From NCBI RefSeq assembly GCF_006345805.1, contig NC_043005.1, forward strand, positions 27,094,001-27,158,000: a DNA stretch of 64,000 nt. The letters are read 5' to 3'. A program made the translations under genes and the position numbers. How positions within the stretch are numbered: position 1 is the first letter of the stretch; every line of letters starts with the position of its first letter. Under the pieces are notes generated by a model that saw nothing but the letters and a program-made list of their open reading frames with translations, had not been told where the DNA came from and ran no database searches. Origin of the DNA: Octopus sinensis (Eukaryota). Positions 13,916-26,181 of this stretch are shown here, piece after piece.

Positions 13916-14665
13916 GTATGAATCTAATGAATTTTCTATCTTTCATTCAATAATTGTTTTCTTTCTTTATTTTTATTCTTACTCAAGCAATTTTGTTTGA
14001 GTTGAAGGGGACATGTTCATCACTTTTGCACACCTTCCCAAGCTATGGATGTAAATGATGGCCATGTCAGACTTATTGCTCTGCAAGTTGGTGCCTGTCG
14101 AGAATACAAAAGCAGGGAAAGGGAAAAAATTTTGTGGAAAGAAGTACTGGGGTGGAAGGATAAAGAGGATGGCTGAACCACTTCTCTTGTATCGCCCTTG
14201 TTGTAACTTGAGGGTATGTTCTGATACCTCTGCACCATATTCTCTCCTTTTCCAACAATGGTAGCCATGTACCTCCTCTGCTGCAAGACACCTGTTATTA
14301 TCCCTCTGTCATACTTGGCATCACCTGGCATAAAGCCACCTTACTCAATGCTGCTCCCCACCCCTCAGTTGAAGGGTCTTGTCTTGCAAGTTACTTTTTG
14401 CCAGTGCTACATTAAAGGCACCCACTGCACTGGTTGGTTTTAGGAAGGGCATCCAGCTGTAGAAATTATGACAAAGCAGACAAATGGAGCACAGTGCAGG
14501 CCGCTGGCTAATCAGCTCTGTCAAACTGTCCAATCCATGCCAGCATGGAAGACAGATATTTAGTGGTGATGATAGTGTTTGGTTCCACTGTGAGGATACT
14601 TGGGGAGAGCATAGTGTATTAATCAGGAAGGTATGGATAAAGAGAGGTTGGTGAATAAGGAGGGT

Positions 14666-15160
14666 TTAACTCTTTCATGACTGTATTTATTTTGAGATGC
14701 TCTGTGTTTCTTTCAATTACCTTAAATATAACAAAGAATTTAGTAAAATAACTTAGTTATCATTAAGCTAGTGTTAGGAACATAAATTGTGACTAAGGTT
14801 TGGTGGAAGATTTAAATTCAAAACTTATGAAAACAAGACATTTGTACCAGAGCCTGAGCTGGTTTCAGCCAGGTTGGTAATGAAAGGGTTAAGCTAGTGT
14901 TAGGAACATAAATTGTGACTAAGGTTTGGTGGAAGATTTTAATTCAAAACTTATGGAAACAAAACATTTGTACCCAGAGCCTGAGCCAGTTTCAGCCAGG
15001 CTAGTAATGAAAGGGTTAAGCTATTGTTGGGAACATAAATTGTGACTAAGGTTTGGTGGAAGATTTTAATTCAAAACTTATGAAAACAAAGCATTTGACT
15101 CAGAGCCAGAACCGGTTTCAGCCAGGTTGGTAATAAAAAGGGTTAAGCTAGTGTTAGGAA
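14666..15160. mobile_element. piggyBac-like MITE with a triplicated 127-bp half
   Basis: Same family as 4985. Units end at 14892, 15019 and 15146, followed by a 14-bp partial unit. Confidence 0.8.
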
Positions 15161-15429
15161 TGTTGATGGTGGAGGTGTATACAGCAGTTCAATTCCCATG
15201 TAAAACTTCATTCACTAACCTCCACCACCATGCGAGCATGGTGAAATGTATGTTAAAATTGTTGTAATGCTGGTGGTGAGGTGAATGCTAGTAGTAGTGG
15301 CTGAGGGGAAAGGAAGTGATGACTGGCAGTGCAGAAAAGGTGAGAGCAGCAGAATAATACAATAAGTGGAGGAGGCATAAGAGATAAGGAAATGGGATTT
15401 GGGGTCGGTAATGTTTCAAGGGTGCCTTG

Positions 15430-15870
15430 TATAGTTCTCTACTGCCTCAATTTTTCCAGTCTTTCCAAGCCTGTCTCCTTGGTTTTATGGCTACAATTAC
15501 ATTACCCATTGATCTAACTGGAACATTGCACCAGCCATGGATTTGATCCTTAGCCATCAGTAGGTTGTCCTGTAGGAACTTCCAGCTGTTATGTATCTCC
15601 TCCTCCTCCTCCTCATCATCATCATATCATCATCATCAAATACCTCAACTAGTGTTTCTCTCAATTTCTGACTCTTCAATAGACCTTTAAAACTTCTCGT
15701 CCTCCTTTACCAGGCTGGTTTGCATCTCTGAAACTTATCCAGCTCTAAATCTGAAATCACTAATCACTAACCTATACTGTGCTATACTTTCTTCACCAGT
15801 GAAAGACTTGCATTTACAGCCATCTGTCTGTCCCATTTCCTAGAGAAAGTGTAGTCAATCTGACTTGTGT
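15430..15870 (-). mobile_element. old RTE-like LINE fragment (end of APE domain and linker)
   Basis: The decayed translation has SQIDYTFSRKWDR...QYRLVISDF and SWKFLQDNLL...VAIKPRRQAWKDWKN*GSRELY. Confidence 0.65.
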
Positions 15871-16412
15871 GTTCACCAGATTGATGGATGATCAGATGGC
15901 TGGCTGGCTGGCTTCCTGATGTTAATGCGACAAGCTAGCAGAAACATTAGCACACCAGGTGAAATGCTTAGCAGTATTTCTTCTGTCTTTATGTTCTGAG
16001 TTCAAACTTCGCCGAGGTTGACTTTGCCGTTCATCCTTTCGGGATTGATAAATTAAGTACCTGTTGCGTACTGTGGTCGATCTAATCAAGTGGTCCTCTC
16101 CCCCAAAATTTTGGACCTTGTGCCTAGATTAGAAAAGGATGTTAATGTTGCAGATCATCAAATCATTTGCGTCCCAGAACTCCAGCAGCTTTGTTCCATC
16201 TCCATTCCAAGAACCAATGCTCTAACCTCTGCACACACAATGGAATCCATCAGTGTGCTACACACACACACACATACACATACGCATTTATAAATACATA
16301 GCTACTTATGTACATAAGTGTGTGTATGTGTGTGTGTGTAACATGTGAAGAACAGAGTCAGTGATCATTATTTACATTTGACGGATATTTGTCCTCATCT
16401 TGATTGTTGTTA

Positions 16413-16457
16413 GCACAACGTTTCGGATGATATACCCTCCAGCCTTCATCAGGTGTC
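16413..16457 (-). ncRNA. minimal type I hammerhead motif, same family
   Basis: Reads GACAC-CUGAUGA-A-GGCUG-loop-CAUCC-GAAAC-GU-U-GUGC. The core is intact, with one stem II mismatch. Confidence 0.6.
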
Positions 16458-16524
16458 TTGGGGAAATTTTGAACCTGGGTTCTCATTCCTATGGTATTTT
16501 TTGATGTTGTTGTTGTTGTTGTTG

Positions 16525-17053
16525 AAGCACCCCTACTCAGCTCAAAACAATATCTGTGTATCGAAGTTCCCTTGTCCGAAAATATAAGGACACAGGTCGT
16601 GTCGTATAGCCAACTGGAGACGATGTCTCCTGCAACTAAATCACAGCAACATTCGTCCTAAACCAGGACTGCCATGTTATGTTAGCAAACTATCTTTACT
16701 ACAAAGTACTGTTGCTGAATATCTCTCATCGTGAGATTTAAAAATAGTAATTTTCTAATTTATAGAGCAATGACTAGTTGTCACTTTGAAAACTATATAT
16801 TTCAAATGGAAATTTGGCAGCGTCACTTCTAGTCAAATAATTATTCAGTACTGATGAAGAGAAATAACCCAGAAATCGCAATACACAGATATTGTTTTGA
16901 GCTGAGTGGGGGTGCTAGATTCCCTTGTTCAAAAATATAAGGACACAGATCGTGTCGTATAGCCAGCTGGAGACGATATCTCCTGGGGCTAAATTACAGC
17001 AACATTTGTCCTAAACCAGGACTGCCATGTTATGTTGGCAAACAATCTTTACT
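16525..17053 (+). mobile_element. Penelope-like pseudo-LTR arrangement (direct repeat plus inverted truncated segment)
   Basis: 16567-16700 is directly repeated at 16920-17053, and 16525-16561 is inverted relative to 16881-16916. A decayed hammerhead core (ctgatgaagagaaataacccagaaa) lies at 16851. Confidence 0.6.
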
Positions 17054-17164
17054 CCATATATTTTTTTTATATATATTCTTTATTTGGATTATACCGGTGG
17101 TCTTAGATGTTTGACATCCCTTTGAAGGATTTCAGTTCTCACCTCAGCCGCAGCTCTGAGCTGA

Positions 17165-17204
<40 letters not shown>

Positions 17205-17207
<3 letters not shown>

Positions 17208-17574
17208 GGTGACCCAAAAGTAGGTGGACTGTAGGTTGAATAGGGTTTGTGTTAGGGTTATATTATAACCTGTGTTGATAAAAATTTTCAGTGCTTTTGT
17301 ATTGTATTATTGTATACAATAAAATTTAATTGTATATGTAATAATCGTTTATCAAAATTTAATTGTATTAGTATGTAATCTCGAATTAAGGGCAGCTGCA
17401 TCGAACTCTCTCATGCATCAAATGGCAATTGCTAAAAAGCATTCATGAAGTAAAATCATGTAGCAACACCAAATGGCGGTGCCCCAGCATGGCCACAGCT
17501 CGTGAGCTGAAACTAGATAAAATAAAAAAATAAAATAAATAAATTTACAGTCCACCTACATTTGGTTCATCTTG
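17205..17574. mobile_element. Tc1/mariner-type MITE
   Basis: About 29-bp TIRs (cagggtgacccaaaagtaggtggactgta; tacagtccacctacatttggttcatcttg) with TA on both sides. A SINE tail is inserted inside. Confidence 0.85.
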
Positions 17575-17724
17575 TATATACTCTGCTTTATCTATTGACT
17601 TTCCTTTCCCCCTATAAAATCAAACACCTCTGTATACATACACATCTGTTTGTTAATAAACTCCGTGCTCCTTCTCACATCAAATTCACTTATGCCCCAC
17701 AATTTTCCTTTCTTCTCCTTTCAG

Positions 17725-17972
17725 TGGTTTACACACACTCTCAAGACCAAATTAGCCCGGTGTTTATGGATCCTCCTCCAGCCTACGACACAATAGCTTA
17801 CGAACCGCATCCAAATATTGGCTTAATCGACCTAGGACGTTCTACCACGTCGGACACTATTCTCACCACTGTGGACATTCACCGTGACGGCAGGGCTGTT
17901 ATCTTGCAACCTCCCAAGTATTCTGATGTAGCCACACCGTTGCCTTCCTATGAATCGGTCACTGCTGAGTGA
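17725..17972 (+). CDS. terminal coding exon of a single-pass membrane protein with a PY-motif-rich cytoplasmic tail
   Basis: Acceptor ttttcctttcttctcctttcAG ends at 17724. The frame reads VYTHSQDQISPVFMDPPPAYDTIAYEPHP...LQPPKYSDVATPLPSYESVTAE*, with PPAY, PPKY and LPSY. Phase 1 matches the upstream exon. Confidence 0.85.
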
Positions 17973-18514
17973 CATTGCAGCCTTCATACACCTCTCTTTT
18001 TCTTTTCTTTTCTTTTTTATTTTCATAAATTATTATCATTATCATTATTATATAAGGTAATGAGCTGGCAGAATTGTGGCATATCTTTTGGCTTCATGTT
18101 TCTGAGTTCAAATTCTGCCAAAGTCAGCTTTGCCTTTCATCCTATTGGGGTTGATGAAATAAGTACCAGTTGAACACTGGAGTTTATCTCATCGATTTAC
18201 CCTCTCCCTAAATACGCTGGCCTGGTGCCAAAAAATAAGAAAGCATTTTTTTGTTTTTTTCTTTTTTCACATTGCCACAATCAATACTGACACGCACAGT
18301 TTTCAGTGAAGTAAAAAAAAAAAAAAAACAAACACAAAGGCAAAACATTAGCAAAACAAAAACAAACCTTTTTTTTTATTTAAATTTTATAATTTATTAT
18401 AATTTATTAGCATCAGTACCAAATAACAACCACCTCTTTTCAAAATTGCTGGCCTTGTGCCAAGACAGTTTTGATACCATCATCATTATCATCATCATTA
18501 TTATCATCCAAATT

Positions 18515-18552
<38 letters not shown>

Positions 18553-18848
18553 TAAGATGTTTCAAAACGGTTTCATGCCAGATTCTACTTATTATTTTCT
18601 ATTGTCCATTCCGCAGGAGTAGTTTCGTTTAGACAAAACCAAAGGAGAAGCTGCCATATTATTCACAGACTCACAACTAATCTAGCAGGAAATATCTTTT
18701 AGAACACAAACTCTATCCAACCGAGTTTTCTTAAAGTTATTTTTATTATTATTTCGTTCCCTTTCTTTCTATTTATTTTGATTGCTTTTTTTTTCCAAAG
18801 TACCGATCACATGTTGTATGATAGTATATACATTATAAATGTATATAC

Positions 18849-18900
<52 letters not shown>

Positions 18901-19509
18901 CACACACATATATATATATATATATACGTATATATGTGTGTATATATATATATACACACACACACACATATATTTATACATACACACACACAATTAAATT
19001 TCCGGGTTCAGTCCCACTGCATAACACCTTGGGCAAGTGTCTTCTACTATAGCCTCGAGCCAACCAAAGCCCTGTGAGTGGATTTGGTAGACATAAACTG
19101 AAAGAAGCCCGTCGTGTATATATGTGTGTGTGTGTGTGTTTGTCCTCCACCATCGTTTGACAACCGATGTCGGTGTGTTCACGTCCCCATAACTTAACAG
19201 TTCAGCAAAAAAAAACCAATAGAATAAGTATTAGGCTTACAAAGAATAAGTCCTGGGGTCAATTTGTTCCACTAAAAGTGGTGCTCCAGCATGGCTGCAG
19301 TCAAATGACTGAAACAATTAAAAGAATAAATGTATGTATGTGTAATGTCCTGATCATTGTGTCTTGTAATGGTCATATTAAAGGTCAAATTAGGTGTATT
19401 TGTATTTGAGTGGACAAGACTAGAGTAAATGCCCAGCCATTGAAGCTTGAAATTATCATTAAATGACAGTGTCCTATGACTGACATTGTAAAACGATGAC
19501 CACCCCCTG

Positions 19510-19752
19510 AGAACATGTGTCTGAACAGTAATATTTAAAATGGCCACTCTGAGATCATCCTTTGAGAATGAGTCAGAGCACTGATTCCTGAAGTGGCCCT
19601 CCCTGGAAAATGTGTCTGAGCACTTATGTTCGAAGTGGTCATCCCTAGAGCAATGACATTTAAAATGGCCTTCTCTATAGAATGTGTCTGGACACTGATG
19701 TTTGAAGTAGCCAACTCTGGAGCAATGATTTTGAAATGGTCACACTTTATGC
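19510..19752. repeat. degenerate 42/30-bp minisatellite
   Basis: About 6 units of (gaatgtgtctga)gcact.atgtt.gaa.tggcc..ctct.ga starting near 19510, 19566, 19608, 19650, 19680 and 19722. Confidence 0.75.
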
Positions 19753-20374
19753 TGGACGCTTTATACAGAAGTTGAAAGGTGCTTTTTATTTTCTCCCATT
19801 TTCTCTGTCAGCAGTTTGAATTATATTTTCACCTAGAGCAGTAAAGCAGAGGACAAAATGCTTGATTTCAAATTCAACCAAGGTCAACTTTACCTTTCAT
19901 ATTTCTGGGATTCATAAAACAAAATACCAGTAACGTACTGGAATCAATATTATTACCATGCCCTCCTTATCAAATTTGTGGCCTTGTATCTCTGCTGGAA
20001 ATCAATGTTTTCACTTCTGATGAGGACAGTGAAGATAATCAATTCAATAGAACATCGAAGAACTTGCCAAAGGAAAGAGTCCTTTTCTTTGTCATGACAC
20101 GGCCACTGCCATCAGTATTTACTTAATTCTGAAATCTTGCCAATATGACCACCACAACTGTCCCTGTGCTTATATTAACAGTATTAGACTGGACTGGACA
20201 AATTTAAGAATGTAGTTATATATTTCTTGCCATACTTTTGAAACACTTTTGAAATTAAAACTCTTTGGGAAAAACAAAGAAGTTAGACAAACAAATCTGG
20301 AAATAATATATTTCTAAATCTCTCAGAGAGATTTATGCATTAGCAGCATGATAAAGTGATAGCATGTTGTCGGC

Positions 20375-20466
20375 TTAATGTGACATTCCCATGAAAGGGA
20401 AGAATGCTACTGTTTCCCTGGGCTAAATAACAGTAGCATTCTTCCCTTTTATGGGACTCACATTAA
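20375..20466. repeat. 92-bp hairpin, a collapsed copy of the 63.6-64 kb palindromic element
   Basis: tcccatgaaagggaagaatgctactgtt pairs with aacagtagcattcttcccttttatggga. The upstream 20300-20375 flank matches 63565-63640. Confidence 0.8.
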
Positions 20467-20579
20467 AAAAATCTGGGTTTCAAATTTATTGGATCTTCTT
20501 CAGCTTCACTTTAGTTAGAACAAGAAATCTCTATCAGTCAGATGTGTGTGTTTGTGTCTGTATAAATATATATAGATAA

Positions 20580-20611
<32 letters not shown>

Positions 20612-20612
20612 T

Positions 20613-20648
<36 letters not shown>

Positions 20649-21912
20649 CACTTCGTTTTGGGATTTGGTTTGCAAGATTCTTTATATGAGCTCATGTGTT
20701 GAAGCATATTTTGTTGTGTCCGGAGTGAATCATTCTCTTTTAGCAACTTATTATTCAACACACTCACCGGTGAAGTTTCCACTCATTTACTTATATATTT
20801 TTCCTAAAATTTTCATTATGTTTTGCAACCTTTCTGAAATGACTATTGAAAAGGTTGCAAGACACAATGAAAATTTGCAGAAAAAATAAATAAGTAAATG
20901 AGTGGAAACTGATCCGGTGAGTGTGTTAAATTATAAGGCTCTAAAAGAGAATGACTCTCCCCAAACACAACAATATATATTAAACAAAAGTTATCTAAGA
21001 GAAGTAACTATGAGTGGCTGGTGGCATGTATTTGAACAACAAAGACAAATAAGGATATATTATATTCCATATATTTTTGATTTTTGAAATTATCTCTGTT
21101 TCCGGAGAAGGTAGAAGAAATGCTTGGAGGTACTGGGGGTGGGGTGGAGGCCTATGTGAAATAAAAAGGGGAGATAATATCAAGAATTAAAAATTCTACA
21201 AAATTGACATGTCATTAAGAAAAAAGTTTGATTGTTTAGATATAAGAGAGCAGCTGTTGACACATCTTTCTGTCTCTATAGGCATCATCAGCACAGCATG
21301 TGTATGTATGTGTATCCCAAGAGACTTTGATAACTAAAATTTGATACAAATAGTGAAAATATTAGTTTGTAACTAAAGGGAAAGGCCAGAAATATATAGA
21401 AAGTGAAAGGAATTATGTAGTTTTCATACTTTTCTCAGTGGTATATGTATACATATATAAAGGTATAAATGGTAGAGCTGTGGCATAAATGCATCACTAT
21501 TTAGTTTCATCTCCCTAGATTCTATGTTCGATTTTTGCCAGGGTTAATTTCACCTTTAATCCTTCCTAGATTCAATTTGATTAACTTTATCACCTGTATT
21601 GTAAAGTTCAGTCTTGTGTGTAATGAACATAATTTGTAAGTGGAGAGATTTTACCTCAACTGGGAATTGAACTAGATATGTTTAGTGTTTGCCTTCTGTT
21701 CTTGAGTTCTTCAACTCAGCAGAAAGTGGAAAATATTTATTTCTTAATAATTCAGGTTGTGCCACAAGCTTTGGAACTCTTTCAAGTTGGTTTAATTTCT
21801 TTAAATTTTCTTTTTGACTGTTGGTAGTTTAAGATTTCAGACAGTTTATCATTTCTTAGATGGATCCATGACTTTATTATAGATTTTATGTATCACCGAA
21901 TAAGTTTATCAC

Positions 21913-22000
<88 letters not shown>

Positions 22001-22055
22001 ATGTGTTTATATATATGTATGTATATAATATGTATATATAATGTGTGTATGTATA

Positions 22056-23086
22056 CACAGGGTGCATCAGTTTTTTGAGGTCATTTGTATGAATTTAGAA
22101 AAATTCAAATAGGTCATCAAAGAAAAACTGTATTTGAGAACAAATTGGTACAAATAATCTTGAGGATCGCATTATCACATCTATTTAATGAATCCATTGT
22201 TAGCATCAATGGCTGCTTCAATACATGGCCAGAAGCATTGGCATTGCTAGGAACTTAATATGCATGACTGTTGGAATCTTGTTCCAGTCTCTGCATAACC
22301 ATCTGTCATTTTTTTTGGTTGAGCTTTTGATCCTGATTGAAGTTTTTCTTGTCATGGAAAACCCAAAGCATTTGAGCCTCTTGGTGTTATAACCTGTGTA
22401 GCAAGCACTTTGCATGGATCACTCAAATCTCTCATGTCAAATCCAACACAAACTGACCCCTTCGTATCACATACAACTTGTACCAGTTGCTCTTATGCAC
22501 TACTCTTCTGATGGTGTATTCTGAAACCTTGAGGCCCTTTGCAATGGCTCTGATTAACTTTCTAGAAATTCTATCACTTATTTCTTAGACTTTTTGTACA
22601 AAATTATGTGTTCTGATGTTGTTAGGACCCTGGCATGCATTTTACATTTAGCTGCTTCCAGCTCCATTTGAACTTAGACAGCGAAGGTTCAGGCAACTTT
22701 CAGGAAGCGAGCTATCTCTGTATCTATACACTGCATTTTTAAGGCAATAGTTACAGCATGCATTTTTATTTGTAAAGCAAGGCAACAAGCTGGCAGAATT
22801 GTTAGCACACCAGGTAAAATGCTTAGCAGTATTTCATCCGTCGCTATATTCTGAGTTCAAATTCCACCGAGGTCAACTTTGACTTTCATCTTTTTGGGGT
22901 CGATAAATTAAGTACCAGTTGAGTACTGGGGTCGATGTGATCAACTGTCCCCCCTTCCCTCAAAATCCAGGTTGTGTCCCTATGATAGAAAGGGTTATTT
23001 ATTTGTAAAGTAAAGGAGAAAAAAAAATTAAGTTAGAAGAAAGAACTCTTCAAAAAGGTGTCCCCAAAAACCTGATGCACCCTCTG
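22056..23086 (-). mobile_element. internally deleted Tc1/mariner-superfamily element containing a nested SINE
   Basis: A 25-bp TIR pair (cacagggtgcatcagttttttgagg; ccccaaaaacctgatgcaccctctg) follows TA. The minus strand encodes a decayed transposase N-terminus (HAVTIALK...EIARFLKVA, IRAIAKGLKVSEYTIRRVVH...YVIRRGQF). Confidence 0.85.
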
Positions 23087-23373
23087 TGTGTGTGTGTGTG
23101 TGTAAGTATGTATGTAAGTACACATGTATATTGTGTGTGTTATGCAGACAAATAATTACAAATTATATATTAAAAGCCAAATCCCACCGAGGTCACCATT
23201 GCCTTCCTTCCATCCTTCTTCCCTCCCTTCCTTCCTTCCTTCCTTCCTTCCTTCTTCTCTTCCTTCCAAGGGGTTAATCATGTATTATCAGTTGCTCAGC
23301 CAAACTTTTTCAGTACACTACCTCAAAATATTTCTGGCATTATGCCTAAGTTAGAAATCATTATCATTATTAA

Positions 23374-23410
<37 letters not shown>

Positions 23411-24330
23411 GTGATGGTGATCTGGCAGGACTATCACTATGCCAGACAAAATTCTTAGAGCATTTTGTCTGTCTTTCCGTTCTGGATTCAAATTCCGCTG
23501 AGGTCAACTTTGCTTTTCATCCTTTCGGGGTCGATAAATTAAGTACCAGTTAGGTACTGGAGCAGGGTGAATGTAATCAACTAGCTCCTCCCACCAAATT
23601 TCTGGCCTTGTGCCTATAATAGAAAGAATTATTATTGTTATGATTGCAGTTACTATTTTGGCACAATTATTAGCACATCAGACAAAATGCTTAGCAGTTT
23701 TTCTTATCATTATTTTATGTTCCGAGTTCAAATCCCACCGATGATAACTCTGCTTTCATCCTTCCAGCATTGATGAAATAAAGAACCCGTTAAGTACTGA
23801 TGCCAGTGTAATCAACTAAACCCCTTGTATGGGAGCTGCTGACCTTGTGTTTGAATTAGCAAACTGGCAGAATTCTTAGGACATCAGAAAGTTATATTGC
23901 AACGTTTGTTCCAGCTGTTTACATTCTGAGTTCAAATCCTGCTAAGGTTAATTTTGCCTTTCATCTTTTTGAGGTTGATGTATTAAAGTACCAGTTATAT
24001 ACTGGGTTCAGTGATATCAATTGGCTTCTTTGCCTAAAAATTACTGACTTTATACCTAAATAAGAAACCTTTGTTACTACTACTGCTACTATTATTAAGG
24101 TGGCAAGCTGGCAAAATCGTTAGCAAACCAGGTAAAATGGTTCGCGGTGTTTCGTCTGATCTTACAATCACGAGTTCAAATTCCACCGAGGTTGACTTTG
24201 CTTTCATAATTTCAGGGTCAATAAATTAAGTACCAGTCACCAAGTACTGGGGTCGATGTGATCAACTTGCCCACCCACCACCACCTCACCTCCCCACAAA
24301 TTTCAGGCCTTGTGCATTTAGTAGAAAGGA
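22785..24330 (+). mobile_element. cluster of five same-orientation family C SINEs
   Basis: The consensus gctggcagaa..ttagca..c.gg..aaatgctt...gagttcaaattcc.ccgaggt..actttgcctttcatcc...gataaattaagtacc recurs at about 22785, 23415, 23650, 23860 and 24095. It also occurs at about 15930, 18055 and 40985. Confidence 0.8.
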
Positions 24331-24357
24331 TTATTATTATTATTATTATTATTATTA

Positions 24358-24750
24358 CCTTTGCACAGCTTCTAACGCTGGAGGTGTATTACAGTGTCAG
24401 CTGTTCACTACCAGTCTGAACTAAGGTAACACCTCTTATTTTTCGAGCACCTTCAGGAGTATTCAAGCAGTTCCAAGCAGTGCTGTTTTCTGCAAGTACT
24501 CCACCCTTATTGCAGCCCCTATTTGTTCCACATACTCCTCAAGATTTTTGCTCACTGTTCCCAGGGCTCCAACACTTATTGGTACTACCACTACCTTTTT
24601 CATCGACCACAACTGCTTAACTTCTGAAGCTAACCTGTCATATCTCTCGACTTTTCTTTCTTCCTTATCGATACCTTGTTGTCAGATGAGCATGCTATAT
24701 CCATGATCCAGCATAGTTTTTCTTTCTCAATTAAGACTATGTCTGTCTTC
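24358..24750 (-). mobile_element. R4/Dong-clade LINE 3' fragment (restriction-like endonuclease domain)
   Basis: With frameshifts it reads TDIVLIEKEKLCWIMDIAC..DNKV..KEEEKVERYDRL..EVKQLWSMKKVVVVPISVGALGTVSKNL..Y...IG..IRVEYLQKTALLGTA. An (ATT)n-type tail lies at 24330-24357. Confidence 0.85.
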
Positions 24751-25938
24751 AAATACTATTGGTGTCACTTTGCTTTTTTTAGTCATCTGAAGTACCAGTC
24801 ATGAACTGGGGTTGGTCAAGTTAGAAACTGTCATTGTCCTTGTCATCATTGTCATTGGTTTTATTATTTTCTACTCCAGACGAGTGTTTCTTTCTTTCAC
24901 CTCCTGCTCCACCTTTTTTGATTGCGGCTGGAACCCACATACAACAGACAATCATTTGAGATCCCTTCCATTCTGAGTGTGTGTGTATGTGTTAGGCACA
25001 TAGTATAGTGCGGGGGGTGAGGGGCACGGGACTGAAAACATGTGATTGTATAAATTATTTGTAATAATAATAATAATCATAATAATTTCATTTATTATGA
25101 GGGGGACAGCACTCATAATAAAGACAGGATGAGGGGGACAGTACAAAGACAGACATAAAGTGTGGGGGTAACGATAATAAAACATATGCGAAAGGGTGGT
25201 GAGGTGCTAAATTATTTTGTTGGAGCTCCTTATGGTCTCAGTTCTAATCCTACTGATGCTGACTTTGCTTTAAATGAAGGTGCCCCAGCATGGCCACATT
25301 CCACTGGCTGGAAGTGGTGAAACAGTATATACATGTCATGACTGATGATGTGTTTGGCAAGATGGAGATATGGTTAATAATCTTCTCCCTATATTAACAC
25401 TAATATTGATCTTTGTGTGTGTGTGTGTGTGTGTGTGTGGATATAAGTGCAGATTGAAACAGGAGATTTTAAGTATTTTCATAACAACTTCTTACAAGTA
25501 GTTACGTAATCTTACATGCGTTTCACTGGTGAATCTTCCATGCATTATGTAATAATTGTTATGTAAATGAATGTATAATAGAGATGGAATACCAGATCTT
25601 CAGAGGAATGTTGTAATTCATGTAATTCAGTTCTGTATTATATGAACATAATTTGGTGAAGACATATGAGATAAACTATGAAAGTAGTCAACAATTATCT
25701 ACTAATCAGTCTCAGAGCTAATGAAGAAAGAGTCATTGGTTGCAGCTTTATTCTTATGATCCGTTGCTGCTTACATTCAAATATGGACATAACATACAGC
25801 TGTCATCATTTCTTTTATAAATGAGGCCAAGAGGTGTTAGGAATGTTATTGTGCCAAACTAAACATAAAGGACAAATACGGAAACAGGAAGAATCTTTAA
25901 TTAAAAATAATTAATCTTTAGCATAACCATATCTTTAG

Positions 25939-26181
25939 TAGATTTTACCAGCAGATAAAATTTCATCAGCACCAGCAGAACTTTGGTATAATTTTCACAT
26001 CACCATAGTGACAGACACCCAATCACTGAATGTTAACCTAAAGCCTCAATTTGATGAGAATTTTGTTTGGCTTTTGGTGAATGGGTGTACGTTGTTGATG
26101 AAGTGAAAATTGCACTGAAATCAGGTGATACAAGTCCGATCTGCTGGTGCTGATGAAATATCATCTGCTGATATAATACTA
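25939..26181. repeat. imperfect foldback (MITE-like) element
   Basis: Arms share a perfect 20-bp core (atttcatcagcaccagcaga). Inner inverted blocks include aattttcac/gtgaaaatt and acaccca/tgggtgt. Confidence 0.75.
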
